DNA of 64,000 nt from Actinomycetota bacterium (GTDB lineage: Bacteria; Actinomycetota; Actinomycetes; S36-B12). Numbering within the stretch: the stretch's first letter is position 1; each line of letters opens with the position of its first letter. Below are positions 60,699-64,000 of this stretch, in pieces. The notes under the pieces are model-generated. The model did not search any database. It was not told the origin of the DNA and was given only the letters and a program-made list of their open reading frames with translations. The DNA lies in NCBI GenBank assembly GCA_009699315.1, contig WLOK01000001.1, forward strand, positions 18,216-82,215, written 5' to 3'. The translations under genes and the position numbers were made by a program.

Positions 60699-61376
60699 TC
60701 AGCGGACCTCGGTGATCTCTGGGCCACGGACGAATGGATCAATCCCCGCGATGAGTGAGCCTGACTCTTGGCCGGGCACATGCAAGGCAATCTGCTCCCG
60801 TGGGGCCATCGCTTCGTTGCCGCGCACAACCACGACACTACGTAGGACTTCTTCGATCGCGGCGGCACCGTCCCCGGGCAGGGCGGCCTCCCCAAGGAGA
60901 ATGGCGCGCAGAAACCAGCGGGGACCATCTACGCCAATAAACCGTGCCAGTTGCATCGTGGACCCGGGACCTTGCGGAACTCTGGCCCGCAATTCCGGGC
61001 CAAAAATGCCTATTGCCTCTTCGACCAGTCCCCCACTGGCTGTGATGCCGACCTTGATTTCAGCACGCACCTCGGACCAGATGCCATGGCTACGAGGCGC
61101 CGCGAACACGTGCATCTGAGCTGCTGCGCCACCGAGTACGGCTGTGACGAAGAGAACCTGGCCAGACTCTTGATCGACCTGCACTTGGACTTCGAGTCCC
61201 TCGCGAGGTGGGAACTGCAGAGCGCCAAAATCAATGCGCTCCGAGTCATCGCTCACCTCGGAGAGATCCCATGGGCCGTTTACGCGGCTGACCACTTCGG
61301 CAGCTGACTGATCGCCCGCCACCGCAACAGGATCGGGCTCTGAGACGGCCGGTGAAGCCTTACGACGAAATGCCAC
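60699..61376 (-). CDS. DUF3710-like protein
   Basis: 225 aa. 'GPWDLSEV...IDFGALQFP' and its position immediately downstream of dut match my recollection of DUF3710 (Rv2696c-like). Confidence 0.6.
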   Translation of the reverse strand: MAFRRKASPAVSEPDPVAVAGDQSAAEVVSRVNGPWDLSEVSDDSERIDFGALQFPPREGLEVQVQVDQESGQVLFVTAVLGGAAAQMHVFAAPRSHGIWSEVRAEIKVGITASGGLVEEAIGIFGPELRARVPQGPGSTMQLARFIGVDGPRWFLRAILLGEAALPGDGAAAIEEVLRSVVVVRGNEAMAPREQIALHVPGQESGSLIAGIDPFVRGPEITEVR

Positions 61377-61399
61377 GAAGTCTCCTCACAGGTTCCAAT

Positions 61400-61840
61400 C
61401 TAGCGGCCGGTGGACCCGAAGCCGCCTTCACCGCGGTCAGAGCCCGGCAGATGATCGACCGATACCCAACGGACCCGCGCAACTTCTTGGAAAATCAACT
61501 GAGCGATGCGGTCGCCTCGTGTGATCTCGACGGCCTCCACCGGATCGAGATTCACCAGGGCCACAGAGATCTCGCCGCGATAACCGGCATCGATGGTGCC
61601 GGGTGCATTGACCACCGTAATTCCACGTCTGATCGCCAGCCCGCTGCGCGGATGCACGAACGCTGCATAGCCATCAGGGAGGGCAATCGCAATTCCTGTA
61701 GGGACGAGCGCGCGCTCGCCCGGAGCGATGCGTACTGCCACGCGTGCGACGAGATCAAGGCCGGCATCACCTGCATGTGCATAAGCCGGCAGTTCGAGTT
61801 CGGGATCGAGTCGCTGAATTAAGACCGGTACATCGGTCAC
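61400..61840 (-). CDS. dut: dUTP diphosphatase
   Basis: 146 aa. The dUTPase motifs 'AGDAGLDL', 'PRSGLA', 'GTIDAGYRGE' and 'RGEGGFGSTG' are present. Confidence 0.97.
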   Translation of the reverse strand: MTDVPVLIQRLDPELELPAYAHAGDAGLDLVARVAVRIAPGERALVPTGIAIALPDGYAAFVHPRSGLAIRRGITVVNAPGTIDAGYRGEISVALVNLDPVEAVEITRGDRIAQLIFQEVARVRWVSVDHLPGSDRGEGGFGSTGR

Positions 61841-62427
61841 GGGTTAACCGCCCATCTCTCGAAGGCTTCAGCACGGTCCTGCTGTGCTCCGAATACGTGT
61901 TCCGGAGAACCATGAGTAGTGAAGTGCTCGAGAGGGACCTGCACGAATAGCCCAGCACCGCGTCCAACAGGCATCTCCAAACTGTCACCTGCGAAGGACA
62001 CGTCGGCAGTTGCGTACACCTTGCGCCCGTGCTGAGCGATGATGCGCGCATCAATTACTACGACTGAGCCCACCGGAATAGGACGACGGAAGTCGACCTC
62101 AAGCCGACCCGTCACAGCGGGAGTCATCAAGAGATAAGCCAAGGATCCCATCGCCTCGTCCATTGCCGTGGACAGCAAGCCACCATGGATGAGTCCCGGT
62201 GCACCCTGGTGAACATCCAGGACGGTGAACTGCGCTCGGACAGCGAGTCCGTCCAAGGCGCGTATCCGAATTCGTAGTCCTCCCGGAGCTTGGTCCCCAC
62301 ATGCCATGCAGAATTTGAAGTGCATGGGCAACCAGGTGCCTTCCGCGGGTGCATTCGGTGCACGGCTGGGCACTACGGCGTCGGGAGGCGGCACCATCCC
62401 TAGGGAATCTCGGATCTCGCTGGCCAC
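61837..62427 (-). CDS. PaaI-family hotdog thioesterase
   Basis: 196 aa. It has the 'CMACG' N-terminal motif and 'GLIHGGLLSTAMDEAMG'. It overlaps the dut start by 4 nt. Confidence 0.75.
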   Translation of the reverse strand: MASEIRDSLGMVPPPDAVVPSRAPNAPAEGTWLPMHFKFCMACGDQAPGGLRIRIRALDGLAVRAQFTVLDVHQGAPGLIHGGLLSTAMDEAMGSLAYLLMTPAVTGRLEVDFRRPIPVGSVVVIDARIIAQHGRKVYATADVSFAGDSLEMPVGRGAGLFVQVPLEHFTTHGSPEHVFGAQQDRAEAFERWAVNP

Positions 62428-62476
62428 CGTGCGACCCTACTCCGCTGGCGCGGACGGGACATGTCACCCTGACAGT

Positions 62477-63001
62477 GTGAGCGCGCCCAGTGAAGGAGTC
62501 GACGGCACGGAGGTGGCCTTCCTGGAGCGACTCAACCCCCCATGGTGGGTGTGGTTCGTCGGAGCATTGCTCGGGGCACCCCTCGCTGTTGCCTACGGCG
62601 CAGCCTTTGGGCTGGCGTCGGGCTGGCTCGTGTTCGGCGCCTACCTCGTGATTCTGTGCACCACCCTCATCACCACATCCCCGGTCATCTGCGTCGACGA
62701 TCTCGTCCTGAGGGCCGGACGCGCCCGACTTCCATTGCAATTTGTCGGGACTGTCTCCGCGCTCGATACAGATCACATGACCAACGCCAGAGGCATCAAC
62801 GGTAATCGAGCCGCATTTTTGCTGACCCGCAACTGGTGCAGTCATACGGGCGTATTGATTGAGGTAACGGACGAGACAGATCCGCATCCGTACTGGCTGG
62901 TCACCAGCCGTAATCCCGAAGCGCTGGTAGCCGCCCTTCACCGAAGTGTCGCAATACCGCGTAGGGTTGAGTACAGACCAGATCACGAGGAGCAGCCATG
63001 A
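62477..63001 (+). CDS. DUF3093-like membrane protein (Rv2698-like)
   Basis: It has two TMs ('WWVWFVGALLGAPLAVAYGAAF' and 'GWLVFGAYLVILCTTLI') followed by 'LRAGRARLPLQFV'. The start is uncertain; I chose the GTG at 62477 as the first start clear of the divergent thioesterase gene. Confidence 0.6.
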   Translation: MSAPSEGVDGTEVAFLERLNPPWWVWFVGALLGAPLAVAYGAAFGLASGWLVFGAYLVILCTTLITTSPVICVDDLVLRAGRARLPLQFVGTVSALDTDHMTNARGINGNRAAFLLTRNWCSHTGVLIEVTDETDPHPYWLVTSRNPEALVAALHRSVAIPRRVEYRPDHEEQP

Positions 63002-63276
63002 GCGGCCACGAAGTTGAACCAGAGCACGAGGAACACGGTTCCTCACCCATGGTGCACATCATCGGGCCGCTCGCGGCGATCGCCGCAACGTGGGCCATTC
63101 GCCGCGCTATGAGCGCTGGGTACCGCAGCCTGTCCGGGTCAAAACCGCCGGAGGCGCAAGATCCCTCTGTGTCGTGGACGCGCGCCTTGCTGTGGACAGC
63201 CGTCACTGCCAGCACGGCAGCGTGCGTTGAGGTAGCGATCTACCGCTATCTCAACTCGCGTTCGCCCAAGAAATAA
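62998..63276 (+). CDS. DUF4235-like small membrane protein
   Basis: 92 aa with two hydrophobic helices ('IIGPLAAIAATWAI' and 'LLWTAVTASTAACVEVAIY'). Its start overlaps the previous gene (ATGA). Confidence 0.55.
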   Translation: MSGHEVEPEHEEHGSSPMVHIIGPLAAIAATWAIRRAMSAGYRSLSGSKPPEAQDPSVSWTRALLWTAVTASTAACVEVAIYRYLNSRSPKK

Positions 63277-63278
63277 AC

Positions 63279-63575
63279 TTAGGCGCACTCGCGACACACA
63301 GGGCCAACTTTGCCCTCGTGGTCGAGTTGGCTGCGGTGCTGCACCAGGAAACACTTCGCACAGGTGAATTCGTCGGCCTGACGTGGCAGGACTCGCACCG
63401 TCAGACTCTCGTCAGAGAGATCAGCGCCAGGGAGTTCCAACGACTCGGCAAGATCCGCCTCGTCGACATCCACTACTGAAGCCGCCTTGTCCGCGCGCCG
63501 TGCCTTCAGCTCCTCGAGGCTGTCCTCTGCGAGGTCTTCCTCAGTCTTGCGAGGAGCGTCGTAATCGGTAGCCAC
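63279..63575 (-). CDS. DUF4193-like protein with C-terminal zinc ribbon (Rv2699c-like)
   Basis: I placed the start at the GTG at 63573-63575 ('VATDYDAPRK'), 7 nt after GGAGG. The protein has an acidic centre and 'FTCAKC-x17-CREC' at the C-terminus. The 65-codon ORF-track extension was rejected. Confidence 0.7.
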   Translation of the reverse strand: MATDYDAPRKTEEDLAEDSLEELKARRADKAASVVDVDEADLAESLELPGADLSDESLTVRVLPRQADEFTCAKCFLVQHRSQLDHEGKVGPVCRECA

Positions 63576-63600
63576 CGCCCAACCTCCAACTTCTATCCGG

Positions 63601-63615
63601 TGGGGCACTGCCCCA
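63601..63615. promoter_or_regulatory. Perfect 15-bp palindrome TGGGGCA-c-TGCCCCA upstream of the DUF4193-like gene
   Basis: Read directly from the sequence. It lies about 25 nt upstream of the GTG at 63575, just beyond its SD, inside the 193-bp divergent region shared with the gamma-CA-like gene. Confidence 0.25.
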
Positions 63616-63768
63616 CACAAACCTTCAATCGCGCAGAAAGCCCGCGCTACGTACCGGACGGATTGTGCCTCATGAACGTACACATCCTGCACGCGACCCG
63701 CGGACACACGTAGTCCCTGACCAGTCATATCTCTGGCTATGTGGTGAGATTCACGTAAAGGAGGCCCC

Positions 63769-64000
63769 ATGCCGATCTATGCCCTAGGCGATCTGTCGCC
63801 GACAATCGCGAGTTCTGCCTTTGTCCATCCTGACGCCGTGATCATCGGAAACGTGACTCTGGGCGAAAAAGCAAGTGTGTGGCCAGGAGCCGTATTGCGG
63901 GGCGACCATGGCTCAATCCGTATCGGGGATTCAACCTCGATCCAAGATGGTTCGATCATTCACTGTTCGGCCGACTTCGACACTGTGATCGGATCTCGAT
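63769..64000 (+). CDS. Gamma-class carbonic anhydrase / left-handed beta-helix (hexapeptide) family protein, 5' part; 3' end lies outside the window
   Basis: This ORF is not in the ORF track because it has no stop inside the window. The ATG at 63769 follows AAAGGAGG. My translation is 'MPIYALGDLSPTIASSAFVHPDAVIIGNVTLGEKASVWPGAVLRGDHGSIRIGDSTSIQDGSIIHC', which is the YrdA/PaaY-type pattern. Confidence 0.8.
   Translation, partial: MPIYALGDLSPTIASSAFVHPDAVIIGNVTLGEKASVWPGAVLRGDHGSIRIGDSTSIQDGSIIHCSADFDTVIGSR

Noticed and set aside
60331-61119. 262-aa + strand ORF
   Set aside because: It is antisense to the OB-fold and DUF3710-like genes, which sit in conserved synteny. It is a low-complexity Ser/Arg/Pro/Thr translation.
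62099-63046. 315-aa minus-strand ORF spanning the thioesterase/DUF3093/DUF4235 region
   Set aside because: It is antisense to, or out of frame with, better-supported genes. It is Arg/Cys/Gly-rich with no motifs. It is a high-GC artefact.

Overview
This 64-kb window is core chromosome from a high-GC Gram-positive genome of the Actinomycetia type. It holds about 70 tightly packed genes, with many 1-8 nt start/stop overlaps and several convergent gene ends that touch or overlap. There are two tRNA genes. I found no rRNA, CRISPR array, transposase, integrase or phage genes. The content is almost entirely housekeeping. It includes polA; an alaS-ruvX-mltG-aroE-aroC-aroK-aroB-aroQ-pepQ-efp-nusB block; rarA-aspS-hisS; a cyclophilin, a DUF349 protein and relA; secD-secF-yajC; ruvC-ruvA-ruvB; yebC-pdxT-pdxS; the phosphatidylinositol-mannoside genes pgsA, acyltransferase and pimA; msrB, rnd and dxs; aconitase; asnB; and an APC permease with two trkA genes followed by the dut-centred group of actinobacterial DUF genes. 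The gene order parallels blocks I remember from Mycobacterium tuberculosis (roughly Rv2533c-2555c, Rv2580c-2612c and Rv2674-2699c). That comparison is from memory and was not searched. I do not see a convincing self-contained novel system such as a defence island, secretion system or biosynthetic cluster. The two things most worth a second look are these. (1) A well-formed 74-nt tRNA at 6840-6913 combines a Leu anticodon (CAA) with a class I body that has only a 5-nt variable loop. (2) A four-gene stretch that seems lower in GC lies just downstream of tRNA-Leu(GAG), at 42894-45200. It encodes a PlsC-type acyltransferase translationally coupled to a C-terminally truncated GluQRS-like class I aaRS paralogue, then a possibly HicA-like small protein and a GNAT. 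All family names, DUF numbers and Rv synteny are recalled, not searched. Several start codons were re-assigned by hand from the ORF track, using stop/start coupling and Shine-Dalgarno (SD) motifs.
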